Origin: Takakia lepidozioides | Lineage: Eukaryota; Plantae; Bryophyta | NCBI GenBank assembly: GCA_030704615.1 | Contig: CM060731.1 | Span: 91,822,001-91,886,000 of the forward strand | DNA length: 64,000 nucleotides | Direction: 5' to 3' | Shown: positions 25,117 to 37,700 of the stretch, in pieces | How positions within the stretch are numbered: the stretch's first letter is position 1 | How the letters are laid out: each line of letters begins with the position of its first letter | The notes under the pieces: generated by a model | Told to the model about the DNA's origin: nothing | The model's database searches: none | Seen by the model: only the letters and a program-made list of their open reading frames with translations | Made by a program: the position numbers and the translations under genes

Positions 25117-26330
25117 GATATTCCAGCTCCAGTTGCACTACTTCCCACATTCTCTGTCCCCCCAGAGCCAGATCTTCGTTGGCCTTTCCAAGTGCTCCAC
25201 TTGATCCAGGTCCAACGGGTTGGGATGTCCTGTACCTCAGCTGTTGGGTCTACTTCTTCATACTCTTCCTCTTCCAATTTCTTCTCTCTATTTTCATCCT
25301 CCAAGTTCTGCCCTTGGGTTTCTTCTTCACTCATGTAACTCAACTGCAATGGTGTTGGAGAGTCTGAACTCTCCGTTGGTTCTGCCACATTCTCTCCTCC
25401 TTCTTCACCCTCCGCTTCAGAAGCTGGAGTTCCTGCTTTTGGTGTTCCATGCCAACTTTTATCAAAGATTTCTGTCAAATCTTTTATCCAGGGATGTACC
25501 TCAGATCTTTCACCTCGTGATTGATCTTCTTCCCGTACCAATTCCCTTAATCTTTCTTGCAAAGAAAAAGAAGGAGTGGCATCCAACTTTAGTTCTTCCG
25601 GTATGGGTGATGTACTCTCTGATCTTAATGGTGTGAGAGGTCCAGATGATTCCCCTATGTCTATTCATCTCTCCCAAAGATATGGATAATTAGCTTTCAT
25701 ATAGCTTTCTCTTTTTGCTGAATATCTCTGGAGTTTAGCTTCTCTTTCATCACTCATGTCCCATGTCTTTCATTTCTTTTAATGTGGCAATAACCAAAAC
25801 TCTCTTCTGTAATATTTCTCGTATATGCCTGGGTTTCTTTCAAGCTTCAATGCACCCTTGGCTATACTAGAAGTCTCCGTTACCATATAACCATATGGCA
25901 AACAAGTCTGGAAAGCTGTTCTTGGTGTGAGTTTGATCCACAAAATATCCTTTGGAATCCAATTCTTTACCAGTACAAGCTCTTCATGCATATGAGTATA
26001 AACATTCACCTTTCTTTCCTCCCAGCCTTCAAACTCTACTCGCTTAATGGATAGCAATGCTATCACATAAACCAGTGTTGGTAACCAACGTGCTCTTCCT
26101 CTACAGGCCACCTGATAAATCTTTATCACTCCTTTCTCCAGACCCCATTCAGGGTCAACATCATGCACTCTTTTAAGAATGTTTTCTTTACAACCGTCTG
26201 GCAATTCCAAGAACCTCTGAAAGAATCGTTTGGACAATCTTTCCTTCTCAGTTTCACAGGGAATTTGATTCACATCAAATTCTTTAATTCTCCATCCACC
26301 ATGATCCCACCAGATGTCTGTCACATCTGG
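25104..26330 (-). pseudogene. Extra ORF(s) upstream of gag in gypsy element
   Basis: ORFs 25779-26474 (starting in the LTR) and 25104-25586 lie between the PBS and gag on the coding strand. Confidence 0.45.
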
Positions 26331-26346
26331 TTGTTCATGACCCAGT

Positions 26347-26364
26347 TCCCCAGTATGGTCGCCA
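26347..26364 (-). other. Primer-binding site, tRNA-Arg-like (TGGCGACCATACTGGGGA)
   Basis: Begins with TGG 2 nt after the LTR ..CA end on the minus strand. Resembles the tRNA-Arg PBS of Ogre/Tat-type gypsy elements. Confidence 0.7.
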
Positions 26365-26366
26365 AA

Positions 26367-26874
26367 TGTCGAGCGGCTTTTACTCACCCATCCCTTCGCT
26401 ATCCGAGGTGGGAACTCCAAGATAGAAGAGTTGGAAATCTCTAAGCACTCAGCTCGCTCAGAACAATCAGTCATGACCTACAGCTAGTGTATCATGGGGG
26501 TGTTTCCTATTTGTATTCCTTCCCGTATTCATGTTAGCTAGTTACCTTACTGTTGGTATTTAAGTATCAGATTGCTTCAGCAATCTATCGGATTCCATCA
26601 ACTCATCCATTCATTCCACAGCTTCACTCAGATCTCTCTACACATGGTGAGTATGAAGTATGTATCAAATTAATATCTATCAGTATCAGGCTGAAGCCAT
26701 GGAGTCTCTAATCTGCTCTACATTACAACTCTACTGTTTGCATTGATCATCAACAGATCGTTCTCCTCCTACTCCGTGCTCTCCCTCCTTTCTACTCAGA
26801 GATGCGCTCTCCGCTTCATTTCCCCCCAGTGATGCCAGAAGTCCTCCAAGAAGTAGTGCCCCCTAGACCTCCCC
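26367..26874 (-). mobile_element. Truncated 5' LTR of gypsy element
   Basis: Starts tgtcgagcgg. Nearly identical (about 6 differences) to 29620-30127. Adjacent to the PBS. Confidence 0.9.
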
Positions 26875-27014
26875 ACTGTAATTTAGTGTTCACCCAGATA
26901 ATTCATCCGGTATGGATAAAAAATTGTTATAGGGTGGGTGAAAAAACTGTTTAGAGTCCATCCGGTATAGATGGAAAAACAGGAAAAAAACACAGATCAA
27001 ACCGGCCAATTCCA

Positions 27015-27260
27015 AGGAGGGAGGGAGACGGAGGGAGACAGAGGGAGAGAGGGGGCAACGAAGAAAGAAAAAAAAGGTGGGGGGGGGGGGGAGTGACTGA
27101 GCAGCTGCAGCTGTTGAGCAACAGCTGCTCAGTCACTCCCCCCCCCATTTTTTGTTTTTTGTTTTTTTTGTTTTTTGTTTCCTGATCTCTCCCTCTCACT
27201 CCCTCTCTCTATCCTCCCTCTCCCTTTCTCCCTCTCTCCCCCTCTCTCTCCCTCTCTTTT
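27015..27260. repeat. Imperfect inverted repeat with strong central hairpin
   Basis: G-run-gagtgactgagcagctg...cagctgctcagtcactc-C-run, flanked by A/GA-rich and T/CT-rich arms. Right arm recurs at ~28024-28110. Confidence 0.75.
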
Positions 27261-27269
27261 AAGCTCCTG

Positions 27270-28020
27270 ACGAGACGAGTTTAAAGTCAGATGGTGGGGT
27301 CAGCTGTAGCATATGTCCAACACCAAATATCCTAAATTAATCGACTCTATATCTTGGAAACATGACCGCCCACCGCCCTGTCAAACAGGCTAAGTCCTGG
27401 AAGAAGACAGTAGAAGAGATTCTCAAGGACCTGGACCTAGAATCGCAAGTCTTCACCCTGCTGGATAAATCTGACTTAATATGTCCAACACCAGATATCC
27501 TAAGTTAATCGACTCTATATCTTGGAAACGTGACTGCCCTATCAAACAGGCCAAGCCCTGGCAGAAGATAGTAGAAGAGATTCTCAGGGAACTGAATCTA
27601 GACCCACAAGTCTTGACCTTGCTGGATAAATCTGACTTAGAGAGTGTCCAAAGCCATGTCTATTACCACAAAATTGTCCGATGAAAATGAAGTTAGGAAG
27701 AAAACTTCCCTGAACCTGTTTCTAGTCTGTGACATGGGGGAGGACATCATGGATGTGCTCAAGGGCCTATCCCACTCTTGGCACCAGACTGAAATTTGAA
27801 ATCAGGGTAGGTAGCCTACCTTTGAACAGTAAACAGAAGTAGAGAGGAAAGCGAGAGTGCAATTTCCCGTTGTGCGGGCAACCTGAAGACAATATTCATT
27901 TTCTGATGTCCGGGGTTCTCTCACCAAAGAGACGCTTTCTTCAAATCTATCAAGGGAATTGTGCTTGTACCTCTGTTTACCAACTTTGAAAGTCTTGAGG
28001 CTGAGCCAAAAGCCCAGCCC
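27270..28020 (+). mobile_element. Degenerate repeat, probably LINE-like 3' fragment, with internal ~168-bp tandem duplication
   Basis: DEFKVRWWGQ..MSNTKYPKLI is homologous to minus-strand 52260-52950 (RRDEFKVRWWGQFNRMPNTKYPKII). atatgtccaacacc recurs at 27312 and 27479. Confidence 0.5.
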
Positions 28021-29619
28021 CTTCTGCTCAGTCACCCCCCCCCCCCCAATTTTTTTATTTTAATTTTTTTTCCGTCATCTGTTCCTCTCTCTCCCTTTCT
28101 CTCTCTCACTTTTGATGTGACATACAAGTTATGGACAACTCTCGACATCTTTCCCTTGATCCCACATGACAAAACATACCATCGATCCACCCTGACCTAC
28201 CTCTGCTGCTGCGGCCGCCGCTGCTGCTGGTGCTTCAAGCGCGCTGCTGTCGTGGCTGCCAACGGCGCGGGTCCCCGCCGCTGCTGCAGGGCCTCTCTCC
28301 CCTGCTCACCACGGCTCTCTCTCTCTCTCTTCAGCTCGTTTAGATCCCGCATGTGCGCGGCATTTCTACCACACAGAGGAGAGAGAGATCAGCCCGTGCT
28401 TAGGGCAAGAGAGCAAGACAGAAAGTGAGGGAGGAGGCGGTGCTTACCTGGGCGTTGGGGCAAACTCCTTGGGATCTTGCGACCACCTCGGGCTCAACAG
28501 CAGGTGCGTTTCTCCTCCACCCTAAACCCCACTCTCTGAACTCCCTCTCTCCCAAAGATCAAACGAAAACGGGAGAGGAAGGAGGTGCTTCAAGCACTTA
28601 GGAAAAAAATGGGCGCGGCGCCTACGTGCGACGCCCGACCGTCGCACGCCTGCGCCCCGCCCTTTTTTTGAAATGGTATTTGCGACGGCGGGCCGTCGCT
28701 GCTTGCGATCCCCGGCCCCACAAATTAAAAAAAAAACACGTCGCCGCCCGCGACGGCTTTCCGTCGCGGCGTGTAACCCCCTTCGTAAAAATTGAAAAAA
28801 TGTGTCGCAAAATACGACGTGAGGGCGTCGCAGGCGGCGACGACCGGCCTTTTTGGGTTTAGGGTTTAGGGCCTTTTGGGGTTCTTAGTTTTTATTTTGT
28901 TTTTGTTTTTTTCATATGGTACTGGGTTAGGGTGTTTGTTTTTCTTTATGGTGCTGGGTTTTGGATTGGCGGTTTTGGTTGTGGGTCTTGGGGTTGAAAG
29001 GATAAACGGTGTAATTAGGATTCACGTACCCAAAATGTGGTTCAATCTGATAAGCGCAAAGTGTTGGGTCTCAGTAAATTTTTCCATGGTGTGGGCATCC
29101 TGAAGATAGAACGTGAGGAAGGATTTATTGTCTTGGGCTCTCTAGCACCATAGGGTTGCTCCGCCTAAATGTTTACCAATTTTGAAAGCCCCGAGGCTGA
29201 GGCATAGGGTTTTTTTGCCAACGGTTTTTGAGAAATGAAAGTGCTGGTGGTGTGTATTAATTAGGATGCGATGGTGAGGAAACATCAACCCGTCTCCCTC
29301 GAGGATGGGGAGGTAGTACCACATATCGATTGTGGTTCCACATCATTGTCAATATGGAAAGTTCCATATGCCTTTTCGTGCTCGTCAAATTCGGATTCGT
29401 GTGTTGTCTCCAATCCACCATCAATATCCGACTCAACATCCGAAAGCTGAAAATATGCTTCATCAAAAAGGGGAGGAGAAAGAAGCTCACCACATATATG
29501 TATTGGGCTCAAGGTTGCAGTCACGGAGGACAATTGGGAGCCTGATGTTGGACCCATAGTCACCGGAGGAGAGAGACGACGTATACGGCGGTTCTTGAGG
29601 GCTTACAGGAACTGCTTTG

Positions 29620-30594
29620 TGTCGAGCGGCTTTTACTCACCCATCCCTTCGCTATCCGAGGTGGGAACTCCAAGATAGAAGAGTTGGAAATCTCTAAGCA
29701 CTCAGCCCGCTCAGAATAATCAGTCATGACCTACAGCTAGTGTATCATGGGGGTGTTTCCTATTTGTATTCCTTCCCGTATTCATGTTAGCTAGTTACCT
29801 TACTGTTGGTATTTAAGTATCAGATTGCTTCAGCAATCTATCGGATTCCATCAACTCATCCATTCATTCCACAGCTTCACTCAGATCTCTCTACACAGGG
29901 TGAGTATGAAGTATGTATCAGATTAATATCTATCAGTATCAGGCTGAAGCCATGGAGTCTCTAATCTGCTCTACATTACAACTCTATTGCTTGCATTGAT
30001 CATCAACAGATCGTTCTCCTCCTACTCCGTGCTCTCCCTCCTTTCTACTCAGAGATGCGCTCTCCGCTTCATTTCCCCCCAGTGATGCCAGAAGTCCTCC
30101 AAGAAGTAGTGCCCCCTAGACCTCCCCGCTCTTCGCTTTTTCTACCTACAAGCTGTTCTAACCGCTTTCCTAACTAACCGTCATCCCTGTAGTACACGTT
30201 CCTTTTTCAAATGTCGTTTCCCCACCGTCGTTCCCTGCCAATGATAACTGTTCCCCAGCTGTGCCGAGCTGTGACTGGCTGTATCAGGCTGTGGCGGGCT
30301 GTGACTGGCTGTGTCGGGCTGTGTAGGGCTGTGCGAAGCTGTGGCGGCTGTGTCGGGCTGTGACTGGCTGTGTTGGGCTGTGTCGGACTGTGACGGGCTG
30401 TGTTGGCTGTGCGAAGCTATGTTGGCTGTGACGGCTGTGTCGGGCTGTGATGGACTGTGTTGGGCTGTGTATCTCCCCCCCCTAAAGCCTGTTGCTGTCA
30501 CCGCTAAGGCTCCTGTTGGTCTCAGTCTGTGTAAAAATTAAGGGTACCCCACAGATCCCGTAAAAGCGTCTAAGTCCCAAGCAGCCCTCTAACA
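29620..30594 (-). mobile_element. Full 975-bp 3' LTR of a second gypsy copy
   Basis: TG...CA ends (tgtcgagc...ctctaaca). Polypurine tract GAGAGGGGGAGGGGTAAA abuts it on the minus strand (30595-30612). Confidence 0.9.
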
Positions 30595-30636
30595 TTTACC
30601 CCTCCCCCTCTCAAAAAGCCATGTCCTCACGGTTTA

Positions 30637-32534
30637 CTATTTGGGATTTGGAAACCTTTGTGAGCGAGCACCCTTCTGACGGTTAGAGTCTCGTGAAGGA
30701 CTCTGTGTGCGAGCCCGAGGTCTGTCACTGGTTGACGGAGATGATTGAACACTACCTGGAAATGTCAGTCCTTTCTTTGGCTGATATCGAGGTAATCTTT
30801 CAGGCATAAGAGACCCCCGTCGCTTCTTCTCTGCCATCTGAATTGCATAGTCCTCTGCCATGTCAAAAGAGTTCGCTGAAGAATCAGTAGTATCAGAATC
30901 CTCATCGCCTCTCATGTGTTTTAACGGCCGAACTTTTTGTGGAATCCTCTGGGGCATACAATGTGGTCCCACCATGTCTGGAAGTTTAAACTGTAAAACT
31001 TGTTCTAAGCGCTGAATTGCAAAATTGGTGAAGACCCTGAACTCCTTGTCTGTCCAGGTGAGTGGTGTACGAATGACTTGTGAATTGTGCAAGTTTTTCC
31101 ATGCCTCATGGCCCTTAAAGAAAATATCGTCAGGCCCGAATTTCTGTGTTGACAAATTGTTCCAGGCCGCATGAAACCATGAACAAAGTTGGGAATCCTT
31201 TTGCATCATCACCTTTGCATCATAGAGGTACATATGAGGTGGCACTGAAGGTAAGACCCAATGATCCCCACTGGAATAACTCAGAAAGCGCGATTGCATC
31301 TTCTGCTGCTCAATGTGATAACGTGCCAGAAAACAAGCAACATAATATAACCCGCAGCCCATGACAATACTTGGTACCTCCTTGGTCTTGGTATAAATGT
31401 ACCCATGTACAACTTGGAAGGCAATTAACTCCTTCAACATGGTACTTGCCTCATGCCAGTACCTCGCAAAGTGATGATCCTCAATGGGTCGATTGTTTTG
31501 GAAGAACCTTAGTCCTAGTTGCCACTGGCAGCCAAATGCGCATGATCTGTAGTAATGTGCCAACGACTGTGGAGGACTAAATTCCTTCCAAGCCAAATCC
31601 AACACAATGGGAATTTGGTTGAAGGGCATAATCATAGCCCGACTGTACTCCCGTGCAGCATGAGTTTTAGGTGGGTTAAAAGCAACATCCCCCCATACCT
31701 CAGGCTGTGGTGGCTGTGGTGTGGCTGTAGTAACAACAGGGTCAACTACTGTCACAGTGACTTGTTGTGGTGTTGGTGACTTGTCTGTGGCTCTTGTACC
31801 ACTGGCATCTCCTGTACCCCCTGCGAAGAAGATTGAAAAGCCAAAGTTCTGGCATGTAAATAAGAAGCCACCAGCTGCTCCTCAGGTACAAAGACTCTCT
31901 TGTCGATATTTGAAGTGAGGTCCTCCACCTGAGTCTGCAGGCCGTCTACATCCTCTTGTAACTCCGCTATCCTACTATAGACATTGTCTATAGTAGTTGT
32001 GGTAATGTTCTGCACCTGCAGTCTGAGCTCATTCATCTCGCCTTGGGTGAGCTTCCGTGGTGCTTTGCCTTCCACCGGCCCTTGTTCTAACCAGACCTGC
32101 ATAAGGTGGTTATCCACCAAGTTGCTTGTGGCACCCCTGAGAGTCTGCTCCTCTGTGAGCCTGTACACATCTATCTGCTGCTGTAAAGCCTCCATGCGCT
32201 TCGCATGAGGTTCAACCAAACTCGCATATGCAGTAGCCAGATTATTGGCTTCCTTCCAAGCCTTGTTAGTCACAGAGAGTTCATTTCTATTGGACATGAG
32301 CGTTTGTTGCAATTCCAGGATGTACCTCTCTTGGTCAGCTTCAACCTGCCTGTATTGCTTGAAAGTATTCTCGTTGCGACAGATTGTATTCTTCATATCA
32401 ATAATGAATTTCGTCTGCTCGAGATTATCAGCCTGTGCCTTCATACATCTTTCCGCTTGGTTGTTAACGTCTAATGTAGTTTGCTCAAGCGTAGTTGTGA
32501 GTATAGCACATTGTATGGCCATCCTGTCATGCAC
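30637..32534 (-). pseudogene. 3' accessory ORF of gypsy element (coiled coil plus unknown domain), split by frameshift; element 5'-truncated near 32545
   Basis: ORFs 31752-32534 (heptad-rich) and 30637-31755 (372 aa) end just before the PPT. Confidence 0.6.
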
Positions 32535-32549
32535 TGTCTGCTAGAGCGA

Positions 32550-33993
32550 CTGTTTTTCGTGACGAGGAGCTACCCATTGCACCTGATCCAATACATGCTA
32601 CTGGGCACAATCGTAGAAGGGTCTGGGGCCAAATTTTAGGTGATGCGGATGTTGACACTCCGGGATCGAGTCGGGCGTGCCGCGGGTTGCCCCCTCGCGA
32701 GCCACCCCGTCCACCCACGTCCACCTTTGACCCCCCCGACAGGATTGAGTGTTGGTGCACTAAGTGTTGGGAACGGATACCGCCGGGCGGCACCAGACCA
32801 CCGAGGCGACGACCGCATGTTATCGAAAAACATTATAAAAAGAACATGATTGCGGATGCGGCAAAGGTGAGTGTTTTTCCCACCCCTCTCATTAACATTC
32901 ATTTATAATACATTTGGTCTAATAATATAGTATGATTGGTAAGCATACATGAATCCAAATTACGACATAAGTATTGATGCGTCGTACACTACGCATATTG
33001 CAGCCACGACTTGATGCCCAAGCTCGCAATCACATTACACAGGAGGCATTTTGCGTCGGTCTACTTGCAGAATTTGTGCCAGAGCATATGCCCGATGTGA
33101 CCAGTTGGTTCCCCCAGCACCACATAGATGAGATGCGTAGGGTCGAGGGGTATCGTAGGTGTCGTAGGTGTTATGGCCGGCGACGAGCAGGCCCACCCCC
33201 CCCCTCCAGTTTCCTCAGGCGGTCCCCCTGATCCAGTGTTTTCATCTGATGATTCTCCGCACCATACATGCAGTAGCAGTTTGCACGCCAATTGTGCCCC
33301 CCCCCCCCCCCCCTCCGTCTGTTTCTTGCTTGATCCACCTCCGGTAGTACCTGATCTGGACATTATACCCCCGGCTGCACCTCCGGCATTACATCCTCAA
33401 CCACCTCCACTTTCATCTCCTCCGCCAGCAGTACCACCTCCACCTCCACCTCCACCTCCACGTGCATGTGCCCCCCGAACCCCTAGGAGGGGTCGGCTTC
33501 GCCCTAGGTTTCCTCCCCTTCGGCTTGGGCGGCCTGAGCCGGATCCTCGCCCCCGATGGGAAGCGCATAGGACTATGTTACTGAGGACCGTCCAGCCTCG
33601 CTGTTGGAGGAATCATCTCAACCCTCCCATCCCCATCCGAGAGAATGTGGAGTTCGAGTATTGGGGGAGACAGTATGTTTTGAGAGCCGCTACAGACCCT
33701 GCTATGGGTCGAGGTTTATTCACGGTCAATGATATTGTGGTTCCTCCTCGGAGAAACAGCATGGTGGACTTGTTTCCCTACTACGGTCCATACTACACCT
33801 CCGGGGAGTTCCGTACATTACGCCTCGAAGCCCCATACATCCTACCCTACATTTTGTGTGTCAACGGACAGGATATACGTAGACAAGGGTTTATCTCCCA
33901 TTGAAATCAGATTTTGTGATGGTGACCCCGATATCTTCGGCAATGTTGCTGGGCTGGTCAACAGTTCTTTTGGTCATCCTAGGAGAACCAATG
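32550..33993 (+). pseudogene. SET-domain gene, 5' part (interrupted by MULE B)
   Basis: IECWCTKC...HVIEKHY exon with gtgagt donor at ~32867, Pro-rich linker, then AMGRGLFTVNDI, FPYYGPYY, CDGDPDIFGNVAGLVNSS (SET motifs). Frameshift near 33890. Confidence 0.75.
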
Positions 33994-34239
33994 GAGGTTT
34001 GCTATTTCATGAGCATGAGCGGCATGAGCGGCATGAGCAGAGTAGTAACACAATCGGTTTTCATGAGCAGAAGTACAAATTTCGAAAATAAAAAACAATA
34101 AAAAACAATAATTTAATGCAATGTGTCAGGAAAAACAAATATATTATTCGGCCCCTTGAAGGAAAAATTGCACTTTTGACAGTTGTGCTCATGAAATTTC
34201 GTCTTCCGCTCATGCCAATTCCCAGCGACATGTGCAAAT

Positions 34240-34600
34240 ATGGCGCCGAATTTCGCGGTAATAGGGTCCGTAACCTGAAAAAACGGCGACGTATTTCGCG
34301 GCAATAGGTCTCTCTGGCGAAAAATGGTGCCGAATTCCACGGCTATAGGTCCCCTCATGACAGGTAATTCGGCGCCATTTTTCCAGTGCATGTTCGGACT
34401 TAGCCAGTTTTCGGCCCAAAAAAGAGAAATTCGGCGCCATTTTTCCAGACACGGTACCAGTGCATGTTGGGACTTAGCCAGTTTTCGGCCCCAAAAAGAG
34501 AAATTCGGCGCCATTTTCCCAAACACAGGTACCAGTGCATGTTGGGACTTAGCGAGTTTTCGGCCCCAAAAAGAGAAATTCGGCGCCATTTTTCCAGAAA
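34240..34600. repeat. Subterminal array of AAATTCGGCGCC(G/A) motifs with ~69-bp tandem units
   Basis: cagtgcatgttgggacttagccagttttcggcccc..gagaaattcggcgccattttt repeated 3 times, plus isolated copies. Confidence 0.9.
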
Positions 34601-34753
34601 TGGCCCCACAACTGCTTCTGTTGGATCTCAGTTTGAATGGAATATTGCCTCATTCCAGGAGTTTTGGGGTGCATTTCATTACACTGCAAAAAAAAAGTCT
34701 GATACAGCAAAATGCATTTGAAAATATCCATATGGAGGATTCCGTTTGCCCCA

Positions 34754-37700
34754 TCAATGATTTCTGGAATCCCTAAGGAGGAGTTTGTGCAGCTCGTTCA
34801 CGCTCAACGCCGGTGCATGAATAAAGTCATCAATAGTCACGTTCATCCTCAACCTCTTCAGGTAAATGTAATACAGATGCTTGCACGGATAATACTTCGA
34901 ACCCTTCTTTGCTTCCATCAACGAGAAGTCCGTACAGTTGCAAGTCGGCTCCACTCCAATCGTAATTGTGTATACATCGTCGCGTACAGCCGAGCCGACC
35001 GTTGCCATCCGATACACACGCCCAAGGCCGGGTGGGGGTACGTCCACGGAGCTCTGAATAGTGCAAGCCATCCCAAGAGCATTGGCAATCCGAGTCTCAT
35101 TCAACTTGTTGGGAGGGTGTCGTCTCTTCACTCTTCCGAATCGCATTGTGGGATGTGCAGAATTGTCCAATCCGTCTCTACTGGACCGAGCAGTCTGCAA
35201 TGGCTGGGTCTGAGGAACCGGAAATGCGTGGGCCGGGATGTCTGTGCGTTGCACCATTCGAAATCCTGCTGCAGATAGAGCATCCGCCTCATTCTGAGAG
35301 AGGCTGCAACCCGGTGCAACAGGCCAGACGCCCGGAGGCTCCAGCATTCCCTGAATCCCGTACTTGGGCTTGCCAAATACACAGGTCATTATGTCGTGCC
35401 TACAGAACCAAAATGTCTGCGTTGTGGCGTGAGCAAATGTGGGAGTCAAAAATCTGCCGCTGAAACAAGGTGCAGGTACAGCACCGTGTGGGTTCCTCCG
35501 AATCATCTCACCACAGCGTGCTCTCGTATCCACCCGGATGGCGCAACACTTCCCTCGAAATGCCGGCAATGTCCTCGCAATTCTCCACTGTGACTCCGAC
35601 ACTCTTGTCTCCACAATGGGAATGTTGTATTGCTTTACTACAGATGGCTCGTTATGTTGCCGGGGCACGCGCCCTGTGCTCAAAGGAGATGGCGATCTTG
35701 AACGTGCAGGACTTCCGGTGCTCGACGAGACCTCCTCGGACAACATCACCGGACCACGAGGGAGCGTGCGAATATTCTTGTCAGCTCGCCATGAATCCTC
35801 TTCTCCGCCAGGTGCCTCGTCAAGTCTTCGTCTCACTGGACGGGTATGAACATCTCCTTCCAAATGTTGGCCTCTTCGCAGCAATGGCGTGTCCCGAAGG
35901 CCCTCTCGCAAGGCCGCCGCCCACTTCCGAGGATTCTTCGATCTGGAGGCAGTCCGCATCAGCATTTCCTGCCTGTCCGGCCCCAAGCCCCACTGTTTCC
36001 CTTTCAAGAACTCGTTGTACCTGCATTGCTGCATAATTGACCTCACAATGTCCTCCGTTGTGGCAGTGAGGATGTCCACCAGATGCGCCGCAGAGGAGGC
36101 ACGCCAGGAAGAGTGCACTGATTCGGCCATGTTTGTCGTGGGCATGTCGGTGTCGGAGTCGAGACACATTTCCTGCACAAGCACATGTTGAGGTTACAAG
36201 CAAGTTACAAATATGGCCAAGAATAATATCCAACGGGATGCGAATTCGTGCAACTCACCTCCCGCATATAGTCGCCGAACTGGAGGAAACGATAATGCCA
36301 CCATGCTAGCCAACTGACCATTGCTCCTTCGTCTGATTTCCTTACAGCACCTGACGATGTCCACCAAGCCCGTATGCATGCAAACTGTGTCTCTGCATCA
36401 TCCAAGGTGGGAGCGCGCTTCCACGCAAGGCACATGGAACGGTGCTCCTCTCTGAAATCTGGCGCCACGAGCCTGGTTGTGTACTGCGAAAGGCTCTGCA
36501 GAAAATGGAACCCACAAGATCTCTCCTTGCCTTCCATGGGAACATTGGGGTCTTGCCCGTACACCCTTCGGATGGCAGCCCAATTTGCTTGTGCGTTGTC
36601 CGCCATGAAACCACGGAAATTGGGAGGGGGCAATCCCGCCTTGGCCATCTGTTCGTTTATTCCCTGCCAAAGAAGCATCTCCGATTGTGTGTCCTCTCCT
36701 TTCATCTCACAAATAGCAATTGTCATTAGCATCCTGCAGTGGGTGTCGTAGACATGTGCACCCATTGTCACCCACTGGTGATTTGTAATTCGCTTGATAT
36801 GGTCGAACATGACCCAACTGTTTGAAAAGTTCCCACTCGTCATCCTGTCGACCAGTTCGACGCCACTGCCAGGTCCACACGTGGACATTTTGAATACGAA
36901 ACAACGATCTGCCTCAGTCCTTTGTCCTGGAAACCTACTTCCATGAATGTAGTCATATCCACATCGTCGCTTCACCTCCAGAATGGAGTGCATATCCGAG
37001 CCACGCCCAATTTTCTGTTTGCATGAGACAATGTGGTTTCGGACATTCGGTGAACATACGTGGGACACCGACTCCAGCAATGCCTCCATTTCCTTCTCGT
37101 CGAGAGGAACTCTATCGGAGCCGTCTTCCGACATAATTCTGGCCAATGCCATCTTATGGGCGGCTTGGAGCTGTATCTGTTTGGGTTTGGCACCCGGTCT
37201 CAACTTAACCTCCTCCTGAACGAGCTGCTCTGCTTCGTGGGCAGCCTCCCGCGAGTTCCCCCTCGCCAATTTGTGACAATGGGAACCAACGTGTATGCAA
37301 GCTCGGGTGAGGTCAGGGAAACGGTGCAACACATAGAACTGCTTGGCATTACAAACAGACATGCAGTGTGGTGGTTCTTTGCAATGCGCACACTTAAATG
37401 TGGAGTTCGGAACCTTCTCCTGAGCTCGAAATGGTTGGTGAGCTGTGCCTGTCCAATCGGTCTCGTTCCTGTGACCTCTGGATTTAAAGTGGAAGCAAGT
37501 TGGGGAGAAACACCGCAACGCGCCCGCACAAACAACGTAGCGCACCCGCACACCATCAAGCATCTTCATGCTGGTGGTTTTGGTAACGCACCAAGGATGA
37601 CCGTCATGTTTTCTATCCATATCTGTCAACATTCCGGACGCCCTCGAGTAGTCCGCCCGAGGAGGGAACTCAAAGAAGATATTACCGTCGACGTCGGCGG

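Noticed and set aside
28855-28872. Telomeric repeat gggtttagggtttaggg
   Set aside because: Only about 2.5 units; more likely a telo-box-like motif in the CACTA subterminal region.
26367-30594. One LTR element bounded by the two LTR copies
   Set aside because: The PBS lies left of the first LTR and the PPT right of the second, so they are the 5' and 3' LTRs of two separate insertions. The DNA between them is not retroviral.
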